NCBI GenBank assembly: GCA_021613535.1
Contig: CP075494.1
Location: forward strand, 5,332,001-5,396,000
DNA: 64,000 bases
DNA from: Adineta vaga
Lineage: Eukaryota; Animalia; Rotifera
Reading direction: 5' to 3'
Within the stretch, counting starts at the first letter, position 1; each line of letters begins with the position of its first letter. Shown here one piece after another: positions 28,181 through 40,734 of the stretch. The position numbers and the translations under genes are program-made. The notes beneath the pieces were generated by a model. The model made no database searches, had not been told where the DNA came from, and was given only the letters and a program-made list of their open reading frames with translations.

Positions 28181-28770
28181 ATGTTGTCTTTTATTCGTAA
28201 ACGTCTTCCATCCAAAGATCAAAGTTACGAGCACGAGATATGTAAAGTATGATATTTAACAAAGCAATATTGTTGAACTTTTTTCTTTTATTCATTTATT
28301 TTACTTGAAGGAACGTAATAATGAACAGATAAAACAAGTCGACTTAGAAGAAGATTCACGTGTTAATGAAAGAAAGAAGAAAAAGAAAGAAAAAATGAAA
28401 CCATCTATTAATGAACTTGTTATTAGTTCAAGTATTAGAGCAAATCAATCGTATTCTGATATCGATTATCTTCCAATGTCGTTTGGTGGTTTAACAAAAG
28501 CTACTCCTGATTCAAACATATCAGAAACGAACGGTAAAATAATTTATTTAGTTTTTTGTTTTCATATTTAAGATTCTTTCTCAGATTGTTATATAAATCC
28601 GTCAGATATTAATCAAGTAAGAACTATTTATGTACAATTGATTTCATCATTCTGTTTTATTTGTCAAGATTAATCGCGATCAAATACATATGCCAGCAAT
28701 AGAAGTGAACAAATCTCAAGTTATCAATCATCTAGTAGCCATCATTCCGAAAAATTTTGATAGAAAATGA
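28181..28770 (+). CDS. Small spliced protein of unknown function (~140 aa); exons ~28181-28246, 28311-28533, 28585-28616, 28669-28770
   Basis: Four exons joined by canonical ~50-65 nt GT-AG introns keep an open frame from 'MLSFIRKRL' to 'PKNFDRK*'. Contains a basic tract 'RKKKKKEK'. Confidence 0.55.
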
Positions 28771-28924
28771 ACAAATAATTCAAATCTTTCGATCATCGTC
28801 TTTCATGTCTCGTTATTTTTTTTTTGTTATAACAATCAATATTTTGTTTTCTTTCCTAAAATCTTCTTTTTTTACTCAATAAAATTGAAACAGATGTTTT
28901 GCTAAAGCGATTATTATTCTAGAA

Positions 28925-29918
28925 ATGAATTTGCTTGGTATTGATGTTAGTGGTGCATGCGCTACTTTTTCTCGTCTTTGTTATTTCGGTGCACCATGGT
29001 ATTCGGTGATTTTGCAATGGTATCGTCAACAACGATCTGATCATTATCGTTATCCAACTTCAGCTGATGATATTCAAATAGTTTATGAATCAAAGAATTA
29101 TTTTGTTGTAAATAAAGATGATCTTGTTCCAATCGATGCATTTGATGCACCTGCTCAAGTCAATGTTACTAAACAAGTAAAACAATGGTTTCATAAACGT
29201 GAAACTGAACGCTTTCTAAAACAAGATAGACCTGCAACAGACGAACAGACTGAACAATGGAGTAAAAGTTTAGCACAAAAAGTTGAAGATATTCGATATT
29301 GTCATCGACTTGATTTAGGTAACAGTTCTTGTTTTTTTTCTTATTCGAATCAAATCAAATCATTCGCTTGATTTAGGAACAAGTGGTTGTATGTGTTATG
29401 CACGTTCACCAAGTGCAAGTTATCTTGCTTATAAAGCATTTATTGATAAACGTGTTTTGAAATATTATCTAGCACTTGTTCATGGACATCTTCATGCATC
29501 GTATCCAATATTTGTCGATGTTCCAATTGGAGAAAATGCTTCATGTTACGGACGAATTATGTGTACAAGTGATCATCCATATTGTACATCTGCAAAACCT
29601 GCTCAATCTCATATTGATGTTTTGGAACATGGAGAATATGATGGAAAACCAGCAACGAAAGTTATGGTAAGAATTCTAACAGGTAAACGACATCAAATTC
29701 GTCTGCATATGAATTATTTGGGTCATCCAATCATTGGTGATTATCTTTATACTGAACCAATTGATTATAAACCACATCGAATTATGTTACATGCACGATC
29801 ATTAACAATACACACAGAACAAGAATTGATTGATGCATTAGCAAAAGATCCTTTTGTTACTCAAATAGATCCGAAATGGAAAAAAACTCGAACAATTTAT
29901 CCAGTCAATCGATGGTAG
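28925..29918 (+). CDS. RPUSD1: RluA-family RNA pseudouridine synthase (RPUSD1-like); 2 exons
   Basis: 'VVNK', catalytic 'HRLD' followed by GTSG across the intron (~29319-29377), 'TGKRHQIRLH', 'GHPIIGDYLY', 'MLHA'. Confidence 0.88.
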
Positions 29919-30252
29919 TTTTTTTGTTTGAATGATGATATCATCTAGTCTGTTCGTTGTAACTTTCATGTTTCAATAATAAATGATATCTCCGTTTTCT
30001 CAGGATTATAATATTGAATATCTGTTTAATGAATGGTAGCGTTCATTTATATGTAAAATAAATGAACGTTTATGAATATGGTAGATTCATAAGCAAGCAT
30101 CTCTTAGATGGAGTAGGTCAAAGGAGGACATCTTTGAATTGAAAGAAACCTTTGTCAACATGATAATTTCGTTATCATCAAAGCACAATGATGTAATGAA
30201 AATAAAAGATGTTTATATATATATATATATATAAAGCACTCGCGCAGTAGGA

Positions 30253-31380
30253 ATGATGTACTTTGTTGCTTACACTGATATGAAAATGACATCTGCAAAT
30301 CTTTTATTTCTACTTACTATACTTTTGATGATTTTATCATTGAATGCTTCAAATATAAATGAACGTTTACCAACATTTTGGAATGAAGCACCTTCGTCGA
30401 TATCAGATTATCCTTTTGCTTCTAATTATTCATCAGTACAAACACCATTACGAATAATTAATCCATGGTTATATATCGATCGACTTGGTTTATATAAAAT
30501 TTTAATTTTAACAACAACACCATTAATGCCATTTTGTTCGTCATCAAATTTTTCAAATATTCTCTTCGGTCTTCCCACTCAATTCGGATGGCAATATGAT
30601 TCTAATCGATTATTTTCCAATGGAACAAAACAAATTTCTACCGACAGTTGGTGGGCATCAGCTAATTATTATCTGTCAGTCATTCCTTTTCTAGCTGCTG
30701 TGGACGTCGGTATTATTCGACAAGATTCATTTGAATTAGTTCGCCGTGAAGATTTTTGTGCAAATTCTACTGAATGCTTTCATCAAGTTCCCGAAACAAT
30801 GACGAGATGGCGTACTTTTTTCTCTAATTTATTACAGGCAAATTATTGCCGAAGTAATTCATTTGATGATCGTATTATCGATCGATGTTATTTGGGTCCA
30901 ATGTGGTCAGCTCATAGAGTGACTATTCAGCAGGCACTTCCATTAATTGCATCGAAAGTATCTTTATTACCATCGATTACTGAACAACGTTTTGGTATAG
31001 ACTGGGCAAATCTTGTTGATTTTATTGGTATGGCACGTGAAAATACAAATCTATCAAATGTACTCATATATCAAGATCAATTCTTTCCAAAACGACTTTT
31101 ACGAAACGATGATCATCCACCTAATTGTCCAGATTTATCTCCAACAGTTAATCAAGGTTTACAACTTTTATTTTCAATCAAACCAGAATGGCATCCTGAA
31201 ATGATAAAATTATGGACACGAGCAACATGTAATTATGAATCTAGACAAGATGCACAACATGTCTTACAAATAGCAGCAATATCGAAAGCAACAGCAGTGA
31301 AATATTATACTGAGGCTATATTCAAATCACATTTATATAAATGTGATCAAAATGATGTTTTTAAAACTATTAAAAAATAA
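30253..31380 (+). CDS. Secreted Leg1-family (liver-enriched gene 1/C6orf58-like) protein, intronless
   Basis: Signal peptide; motifs 'INPWLYIDRLGLYKILI', 'NILFGLPTQFGWQ..SNRL' and 'SWWASANYYLSVIPFLAA' match my recollection of Leg1 conserved blocks. Confidence 0.8.
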   Translation: MMYFVAYTDMKMTSANLLFLLTILLMILSLNASNINERLPTFWNEAPSSISDYPFASNYSSVQTPLRIINPWLYIDRLGLYKILILTTTPLMPFCSSSNFSNILFGLPTQFGWQYDSNRLFSNGTKQISTDSWWASANYYLSVIPFLAAVDVGIIRQDSFELVRREDFCANSTECFHQVPETMTRWRTFFSNLLQANYCRSNSFDDRIIDRCYLGPMWSAHRVTIQQALPLIASKVSLLPSITEQRFGIDWANLVDFIGMARENTNLSNVLIYQDQFFPKRLLRNDDHPPNCPDLSPTVNQGLQLLFSIKPEWHPEMIKLWTRATCNYESRQDAQHVLQIAAISKATAVKYYTEAIFKSHLYKCDQNDVFKTIKK

Positions 31381-31768
31381 ACATATCTTTGGTAAACCAC
31401 CAAATAATGATTGTCGTTGCGTTTATCCTGGAAAATAAGCTTCGATTTTATTTCACAGATGGTATTTTTTGCTTGTAATGGAATTCATATCATATTCAAT
31501 AAATGAATAGATTGAATTGACTCTATTCTGAGAGTATTTTTACTGATGATCATATATAAGATATGTCCTGCGGATCAATTAATTCATTCACAGAATTCAC
31601 CTTTAATCATATATGAATCATTATGAATCATGAGTTTATCATGTCATTTCACCATTCTATGCGATGATAAGCCACGTCAACATTTTCTATTTTATAATTA
31701 AATCTTTATATCATTTTTAGTTTTCTATCTATACGACATAAGGGAATTTATATTGTACATTGCAACGA

Positions 31769-32439
31769 ATGGGCAATCTTAGAAAAATCTGCATACTATT
31801 TGCGTTCTATGTTGCTTCGCTTTGTATCCTACTTGGGGTACCCATAAGCTCCTTATATGTAGGTTTTACAAAATATGATGACTGTCCATACGAACCATTT
31901 TTAACACAAGGTTTAATTATTTTTGGATGGATGAGCATGGCCTGTAGTATCATTGCATTGATTCTAGTAAGTATACCATTTGTCTGTCTTTCGATATTTC
32001 GTTTGATGAGATAAGAGTATAGTTATTATCAATGCTACATGTATTCTTTTAGACCATTATATCAATTTATAAAACCGATGATTCAGGTACTCATTTGTAT
32101 TATCTTTTATATGCTACTCTCGTAATAGCTATTTATGTTATTAGCGGTGCTATCTTAGCATTTAGTGTAAGTATACTTTCAATGATAAATTTTATTTACA
32201 TATTCCATACACGATCTATTTAGATAACATATGTACTACGCACAAAATCAATTCAGTATCAATCTGAAAATCCCATAGATACAGAGTCATTCTGTCATTC
32301 ATTGGTTTATAATTACTGCATAACTTTTGCCACTATTGCAATTATATTTTCAGCAATATATTTAATTTTTATGATTCGATTTCTTCCTATTGAAGTATAT
32401 AGATGTTTTGGGCGACGACAAAGACATAGAAGACAATAA
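31769..32439 (+). CDS. Small 4-TM membrane protein (TMEM272-like); 3 exons
   Basis: Four hydrophobic segments, 'G...YDDCP.EP' loop and 'FCHSLVY' before the last TM. Introns ~31967-32052 and ~32167-32223 keep the frame. Confidence 0.65.
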
Positions 32440-33533
32440 AGAATAAATATTCAGCCTAGTTCATCGATAGTATGCTGACTACAATATTTTGATGTTTACA
32501 ATCTAGATATGTATGTATAGACAACTAATCGATAACCTTTATGCTATGATGAGCAGATCAAAACTTACTATATTCATTCGCGCATTGTTCACATTAATTT
32601 CGAAAGAAAGTTCATAGTTGAATAATCTCTATACAAACAAGTCATTAATTCTGCATTGTTCACACTTAATCACTTTCTTTTTTAGTTTGAGAAGACTACT
32701 AAAAGAGCATTTCATTCAATACACATTATTTACATTTGTCTTTACACTCTTGCTTGAATATTCATTTCTAAAAATTGCTTCATAGCGACATCTGCACAAG
32801 CCATGTTTGATTGCTGTGAATAAATGAATGAGTTACATTGTAACAGATGAATCATTTGTTTCTTCGGATACATGACATGAAACTATTTGTCATTATAATG
32901 ATGGTATATTCTCCAACATGATGAAATTTAGATTGTCTTGATTCATCATGTTTCATTCATACATAATTCGATGTTCTCATTCAGACAAGTACGCACAGAA
33001 GACATTACATTAATTGAAATAAATATGTATATTTTTGCGATTTTGATCAAACAAAATAATCTGTTTTCGACTTGAAAATAAATCCTTTTTATTTTTATTC
33101 TTTTAAGAATATCTTATTTTATCGAACAATCATCGCGACATATTCCACTGATTACCTACACATATATTCTTTGAGATAACAGGTAAACTATCGTGATAAT
33201 TAGTCATTTTTCTTTTCATTCAGTCTTCTTGATTGAATAATGTTTGTTTCTGTCCATTTATTTCACCATTTCGTTTTTTTTCTTTTCGTTTCTTTCCCTA
33301 TCAATCTATTCAATCGATGTTTGTATTTTTCTTTTCTACCTTGATCATCAAAAGTACAAGAAGAGAAATATCTAAGCGACATACCTTTTCTTCCTTTCGA
33401 TTTGTTTGTCAACATTAGTGACAGACAGACAACGATTGAAAATTGTTTGTGTCCAAAATAGTTGATCGTTTTCTTTATCATTAAACTAATTTGTTTTCTC
33501 ATTTTAGTCGATCAAAATTAATAGAAATAACTC

Positions 33534-35304
33534 ATGGCAGAACCTCCTCCAGCGCCTCCACTTCCTTCATTTCTCACAACAAATCTCACACCGCCCATTC
33601 GTTTAGTTGCAGCTGAAGCTTCGACATTAGTTCCATCACCTAAACATAATCGTTGTAAAATTCAAACAACTAGATTATCTTCTAGAAGAAAATCTCGAGA
33701 TCGTTCATCGAGCTCATCAACATCTACTAGTCGATCATCGTCACCGAGTTCCTTGGCCTCATTTTCTGCTCGTCAAAATTATGAAGAAGATGCAAGTAGT
33801 ATCGACGAGGCAAATGAAGAACTGGCACAATTGCAAGCACGTCTGCAAACTTTACAACGATTATGTGAGTTATATAATGGACGAGAGATTCGAATTGAAA
33901 TTTCATTTCTTTTGAGTTATTAGTATCAACTAATATCTTTTTACACTTTGACTTTATATTAGAAGTGCTTTGGAATTCTCTGCAGACAGTTTTTTTTTAT
34001 CATGAATAGGATCGAGTACATACAAATATTAAGAAGAGAAAATAAAAATCTTTTTTTCCTCTTTCTAGTACCTCGTGATTCACTTCTCTCATTAGATGAT
34101 CAACCTGTAACAGTATTAGTCAATGCCGAATGTCAAGTATGTCTTGAAGAATCTCCAATACGCCCGTTATCTTGTTGTTCATCAACTGTTTGTTCATCGT
34201 GTATTCATTCGTATTTAACATCGCATATAAACGAAGCACAAATACGTATATCATGTCCATCATGTCAACATATTTTAACTCGTGAAGAAATTCTCGGTCT
34301 ATTAATGGAAAAAGATGAAACTGGTGAACTAGCTGAAAAATATAAACGTTTCTTTGCTGATATTAATCGTGAACCACATATTAAAACGTGTCCACAATGT
34401 TGTGCAATAAAGGAAATTGACAAGACGTTATTTGAAGGTATTCGATGGAAGAAGAATATTCCACGACATGTAGTTTGTGATGAATGTCAATTTAATTGGT
34501 GTTTCTATTGTCATGCACCATGGCATGAACGAATGACTTGTAAAGAATATCGTGAAGGAGAAAAATTACTTCGAACATGGGCTGCACAAACAAATAATAA
34601 TCAACAAAATGCTCAACAATGTCCACGATGCAAAGTGAGTTGAAAATAAAAATCTTTTGAGAGTGAAAGCAATTGAATGAAATCTTTTCTTCTTTTCAGG
34701 TATTTATATCACGTAATGGTGGATGTCCACATATGGTTTGTTCGAAATGTCATTGTGATTTTTGTTATAATTGTGGCAAACGACGATTTGGAAATAAATT
34801 TCTTGGCACACATGAAAGTCGATTATCTCCTTTCGGTAAATCTTTCAAATCTTCTCGGTAAAGAATAGAGTATGATGATGATTTCTTTTAGGATGTAAAT
34901 ATAATTTCTATCCAGATAAACCAGCTGTACGTTATACAGTTCGTGGATTAGTTGCAGGCGCTGCAACATTAGCTGCTCCTGTAGCAGCTGTTGGCGCAGT
35001 TGCATTATTAGCTGTTGGAACGACAATCGCTGCACCTACTTATGGAACTTATCGATTAGTAAAACATATACGAAATAAACGTCGAGCGCGTCGTATGCTC
35101 AATCAATTAGCTATTTCATCGGAAATAAGCGAAAGTACCTCTACGAGCATTCATGATAATGGTGATGATGACGATGATGATGAAGATGTGAAGCGTGCTA
35201 AGCAAGCTAGTTTAGAAACTTATCGAGATGAACAAACAAGACAAGGTTTAGTACAAGTTAATATAAATGAAAGTGATGATGATGATGATAGTTTTGATGG
35301 ATAA
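33534..35304 (+). CDS. RNF217: RBR E3 ubiquitin ligase with C-terminal TM (RNF217-like); 4 exons
   Basis: RING1 'CQVC...CC...CSSC...CPSC'; IBR 'CPQC...CDEC..WCFYC..WH...C'; RING2 'CPRC...GCPHMVC..C...FCYNC'; RNF217-like 'HESRLSPFGCKY..YPDKP...TVRG' then a hydrophobic tail. Confidence 0.88.
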
Positions 35305-35754
35305 CTCTAATCATAAATATAAGTGTGATCTAGCTATTTCCTAAAAAAAATAAGCCAAATATATTTTTTCTTCTTGTGCATGCATGTATTGATCTCTCTA
35401 GTACGTTTACTATCACGATTGTGGTTATTTCTATTGCGTTCCGTTTAATCGTAATGTTTTTCTCGTTTATTTTGATACAAAAATATACATATAATTTATT
35501 AGAAATCTTTCCTAAATATTCGGGTTTTACCATATCATTTGATATGATAATCTTCATTTATGAGTGATTTAATTTTTGTTGGCTGATTGGATTATTATAA
35601 TCTATATTTTGTCTATCGAAAGAAATTACATGCCATTTTCTTATATGGATTTAATGCTGTGTTGTCTATGAAAGATGAAGAAAACGTGACAAATGAGTGT
35701 TAAAGGAAATCGAAGGTTTAAAAATGAAAGAACTTTGTAGATATGTAAAAGATA

Positions 35755-37071
35755 ACCCCTGTTGCATAAGTTTTGAGACAAATTTGTTTTATCCGTTTTT
35801 TTCGAACAACAAGCTTTCATTTTTTATTTTTCCTATATAACAAAAGTACTAATGCTACTGTACAAAAAATCAAAAAGAACAGGCTTCATAAGGTCCTTTA
35901 TCAGCAATTCGTCGAAGCTTTTTTGCTATGCCTGAAAACATGGTTTGTACAACTTTAATATCAACTTCATCTAATTTTTTCCTAATTCTTCTCTTCAATT
36001 GATCAATGTTTTGTGCTTCCCAACCACCAGCATATACCATTTGTTCAAGAATAGACCAAAATGTTTCGATTGGTCGAGCTTGTGGACAGTTTTGTGGATT
36101 TTCTTGTTCAGATACAAAACGAATGTTATTTTCATCTAAATATTCGATCACTTGATGAGCATAATGGCTTCTCGCCAGATCAGGCCAGAACAACACATTT
36201 TGTTTAGAATGATTGTTTTGAATAAATGGCATCAAACGAGCTTTAATACAATTATTTAAATAAGTAGTTTTGGTAATAGCTTGTTTTTGTTGTGAGAAGA
36301 AGGGCTCGGAGATACCATATTCGGACACGGCAATCCACACCATAATTTTGGGTTCAAATTTTTTCGTTCGTTTAAATTTTACTTATGGTGGTGCAGCACT
36401 TGGATCAGATGTATAAAAACCACGGTTAGCAGATATCGATTCATTATGTAATAGGAAATACTTTTCATCATCCAACACTAATTCAACATTATCTTCAGAT
36501 AATGCTCGGCATAATCGTCTTGCACGTGTTGGAATTTCATCAAGTTGTTTGTCGGTGTATTTGGGTGCTCGTTTCTTTTTTCGATACGTAATACCCATAG
36601 CTTTTAATTGTCGACTGAGTGTAGAAATATCGACATTAAATTCTGGTTGAATTTGACGTAATGAAACTCCAGTCTTTTGGTCAGTCAAGCGTTTTAGTCG
36701 ATTTAATTGTTGTGTTGATAATTTTTTAGGACGACCAACTCTAGGCTTATCACCAATAGCACCAAATTCTTCATACTTTTTAATGATTCGATATATAGTT
36801 GGACGTGGAATTTGTTCTTGTAAAAAATGATTTACAGTAATTCTTTTTTCATGTTTAGCAAAGTTCACGTAGTGTTGTACAATGCGTTTTTCAAGGAATT
36901 CTCTTTCTGAACGTGCCATTTTATTATGAATAAAGATGAACTAATTTATTTTAGATCAAACTGAACTTCTTTCAACGCTCTATCACGTGATATAGGGAGA
37001 AAGGAAAAAAAGTTTGTTTAACCCGAGATATATATAAAACAAATTTGTCTCAAAACTTATGCAACAGGGGT
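35755..37071 (-). mobile_element. Full-length IS630-Tc1-mariner DNA transposon, DD37E type (1317 bp)
   Basis: Perfect 38-bp TIRs (acccctgttgcataagttttgagacaaatttgttttat at 35755-35792; inverse at 37034-37071) flanked by TA duplications (35753-54, 37072-73). Internal transposase. Confidence 0.96.
35870..36919 (-). pseudogene. DD37E transposase (~349 codons) with one in-frame TAA at 36385-36383
   Basis: HTH N-terminus with GRPKK; 'LDDEKYF', 'FWPDLARSH', 'NCPQARPIE'; 37 residues between the second D and E. The two ORFs are in the same frame, linked by 'VKFKRTKKFEPKI'. Confidence 0.92.
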
Positions 37072-38002
37072 TATGTGTGCGTCATCTGTTGAATCGTTTC
37101 GCAATGGTTGAAGTATAACCAGTAGATAATTCAAAGACAATCTTTCTTTTCAATTTTGTTCATACGTCTTCACTTCATTCGATATAAAACATGATGTACA
37201 ACTGTTTGCTAACTATGATGAGTGAATTAACTTGTATTAGGTATGGTTTTATGTTGAATTCGAATACACAGTAGTATTCTGTTCTTCTTATTACATAGAG
37301 TAATTTAATCGTTAGGAAAAAACCTACATAATGAAATCTCATAAATATTTTTAACGAAAGTCCATGTGATTCATACACAATGTTGTCATTGCAGCATCTA
37401 TACAATCAATTTCATTTATTCTGTATCGTATTTAAAATTTGTTTTTATTGCCGTAATTTCAATGTAATCGTTTGACTAATATTGCAAGTAGTAAAGAAAA
37501 ATCAACAATCATCCGTAAGAAGTAAGTGAGTCGTTTACAAAATTATAGGAAGTAAAATAATAGTGACTCATATGCCATACAATTAGAAATTCCCTTAATT
37601 TGATAAGAAATAATAAATATATTTCATTTGTGAATTGAAATCAAATTAGGCTATAATTTAGAGAGCTGATACTTGTCAACGTTTATTTTCGATCGATCAA
37701 GAACATATAGGATACATATGACTTTGAAAACGAGAGGAAGAGAATGCTAAGTTTTGGAAATAGTGTCGTACGTTTTATTCGATTTACACTGCGTCATATT
37801 AATTGTGAATAATAATGACGACAAGGAAACGAATAAACGATAGATATGAATAATTTTATGCAATAGAGTGAAAAGTGAGATATAGGTGAGGTATATCCAT
37901 TAGTGTTTTATCATGATTCTTCAACTAATTCGATAACAATCAAGAAGCGGCGAAATACTATGTTTTATAATGAATCGTTGTATTTTTAGAATATAAATAG
38001 AA

Positions 38003-39742
38003 ATGGTAGGGTATAGAATTGAGAATCTTGATTCTATTTCACCATCGAATAAATGTCTTCATTGTTCATTCCTGCTGCGAGATCCTGTTCAATTGATTGA
38101 ATGTGCTCATCGTATTTGTCAATCATGTGCCAATACACAATCAGGGTAAGCTTATTCTAGTCAATAATTGTTTGTGTTCTATTCAGTTTGTTTTTCATAG
38201 GGAATTCATCATTTGTCCAGGATGCAAGCAAAAAACATCACGAAACAAAGTAAAAATGCTTAGTCGTTTCTTTTTGTATAAACACAGTTTTGCTTTTTCT
38301 ATTAGTTAAAACTCGATCGAGGTTGTATAAATGATATGCAAAAATTATCGATAGTTTGTTCACTTTGCGATTGGAATGGTTTATTCAAAAATTTTCAGGT
38401 AATATTCTATGCTTTATTTTTGAAGATTTCATTTCATTTGAATTTATTTTAAAGAATCACATGAAAGAAGCTCATTCAAATCCAATATGCGAATATTGTA
38501 ATGAACAATGTCTATGCGTCAATGATCTATATGAACATCTATTCTCTCATTGTCCACAAGTACCTGTAGACTGTTCTTTGAAAGCATTTGGCTGTCAGGA
38601 AAAGGTACAGAGAACAAATCTTTTCTTGTTTTGTAATAAATAGAAATCTTTTGATTTAGATTCGTCGTATCGATCTTTCTAATCATTATTTAACCGAACA
38701 ACATCAAAGAATTATAATCGATTTCATTGTTCAATGGGAAACGTCACTTTTTCGTTTAAGAAATAATCATGCGAATGCTTGTATCAGTCAAATAAACAAA
38801 ACCACGGATGCCCTATTCGCTACTGTTAAAACATTGAAAAATGATCAACAAAATTTACAAAACAAATTGACTGAACACGAATATAATCTAGAAATGATTC
38901 GACAAGATGTATTTAATCGTCGAAACTCTATTGAAGAGCAAGATAAGGATCTGGATATAATGGTAATAAATCAAGAAAATTCTAAAGAAGAAATTATATC
39001 AATGCAAGACAGTCTCAGTAGTACTGTATTATCTTATGATGGAACGTTGACATGGAAAATAACGGATGTTAAACAAAAAATAGGTTAGTAAATTAAATTT
39101 TGAAAAGTATCACTTCATTCATGTTTTATCACTTTTTGACTAAAATCTCTTGACTATTTATTTTAATCAACAACAAGCAATCTATCTAATATAACGTTCA
39201 TTTTAAACTCATCATTCTTTTTTTTTTAAATCTATTTAGAAGCAGCTAGATCTGATGTGGAGCGATCATTTTATTCACCACCTTTCTATTCGTCGCATTC
39301 CGGATACAAAATGTGTCTTCGTTTGTATCCCTATGGTGATGGTAATGCTCGACAAACTCATATGTCATTATATTTCGTTTTACTGCGTGGTGAATTCGAT
39401 GCTATTTTACACTTTCCATTTTGTTTCAACGTGATATTTCAACTACTCGATCAAACTGATGAAGGCAAACATATTTCCGATATACTTAAACCTGATATAC
39501 TATCGAATTGTTTAAAAAGGCCCCGGAGTGATATGAATGTTCCCAGTGGTATATCGACATTTGTTGCACTATCAATCCTCGAACAAGAAAATAATCCATA
39601 TATTCGTGATGATACTATGTTTATCAAAGCAATGGTTGATTTTATCAGCCTACCAAAAGAAATTATATCACCTGTAATGAATACTAGTTCAGGCTTACCG
39701 ATGACTATTCAGGACGCAAGCAGTGAAGATGAAATCGAATGA
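38003..39742 (+). CDS. TNF-receptor-associated factor (TRAF2/3-like): RING, Zn fingers, coiled coil, MATH; ~6 exons
   Basis: RING 'CLHC..LLRDPVQLIECAHRICQSC...CPGC', TRAF zinc fingers, 'SYDGTLTWKI', 'YSPPFYSS..GYKMCLRLY', 'YIRDDTMFIK'. Confidence 0.92.
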
Positions 39743-39849
39743 TTATTGTTTCAAATTCATAGTGTACACTACAGTTTAGATGTTTTTTAGTGCTTTTTAT
39801 TATATAAAAATAAAATAATATCTTTTCTTGTACGAAAAAAAATGAAGTC

Positions 39850-40734
39850 TTATTCTAGTTTTGTATGTGACGACGAAATATTAACACGATAGAACCATCG
39901 AGGATCAAATAGAAAGAAATGCATGGCAAGAATGCCTAATGTCAAATCAGTAAAATTAACAACCAATAAAACTCCAAGATGAAGAGCAAGAAAAGCAAGC
40001 CAATACGCTTTTCGAGTATGGTAGAAAAGCCCTAGAGGAAGAAATGTTATTTCAGCAATGAGTGATCCCCAAGTTGATATCTGAAGAATTAATGGATTTG
40101 CATTGAGTAAGTAATGACATAAAGCATTATCACGTGATAAAGGAGATCGTAGGACATGATGTAATGCACTACCATCAATCCAACTAGGTGATTGTAATTT
40201 ATGTAGACCACTAATTGTATAACCTAATGCATATAAAGTCCATCCACCCCAATATAACCATGGAAAAACTTGAGTGCTAAGTTCAAGTTTTTCTTCATCG
40301 TTGTTCTGTTGTTTCTTGATTTTGATTAAACTGAATGCTAATAGAAGTAGACCAACATAAGGAATGCCAGGATTTGAAATTAAAACATTTCGATTGAATA
40401 AACATGCCCAACCATACCATAAGACGAGCGCAACACACCGTGGAGCAAATATACGTAAGGCAAATACAACTGATAAGCACGATAAAATAATTAGAAATCC
40501 ACTTAGATATGTCGAAGAATGATCAATCCAATTAAGAATATTTGGAAAATATTCATACGTCGGACTCCATTGTGGATCAGCAATCATACCATCTCGACCA
40601 AATAATTCCGTAGCATGGGGTACTAATTGTGCAAAATGAATTGTTAGATAAAGACCAAAAAAGAATTCAAAGATTCGTAATTGACGTACAGTGTACCATC
40701 GTGTACATGTTGTTGATGACGTCGATAACGCCAT
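39850..40734 (-). CDS. HTTM-domain multi-pass membrane protein (vitamin K carboxylase/SdpB-like), intronless
   Basis: 7-8 hydrophobic segments; 'LFNRN..ISNP', 'GYTISGLHKL.SPSWIDG' and 'AEITFLPL...LHLG' fit the HTTM pattern. Confidence 0.72.
   Translation of the reverse strand: MALSTSSTTCTRWYTVRQLRIFEFFFGLYLTIHFAQLVPHATELFGRDGMIADPQWSPTYEYFPNILNWIDHSSTYLSGFLIILSCLSVVFALRIFAPRCVALVLWYGWACLFNRNVLISNPGIPYVGLLLLAFSLIKIKKQQNNDEEKLELSTQVFPWLYWGGWTLYALGYTISGLHKLQSPSWIDGSALHHVLRSPLSRDNALCHYLLNANPLILQISTWGSLIAEITFLPLGLFYHTRKAYWLAFLALHLGVLLVVNFTDLTLGILAMHFFLFDPRWFYRVNISSSHTKLE

Noticed and set aside
32690-32900. Short Cys-containing reading frames on the minus strand
   Set aside because: No consistent frame, splice model or motif.
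36383-36385. Programmed readthrough or intron at the transposase stop
   Set aside because: The flanking codons are in frame and look like normal transposase sequence; a simple nonsense mutation is more parsimonious.
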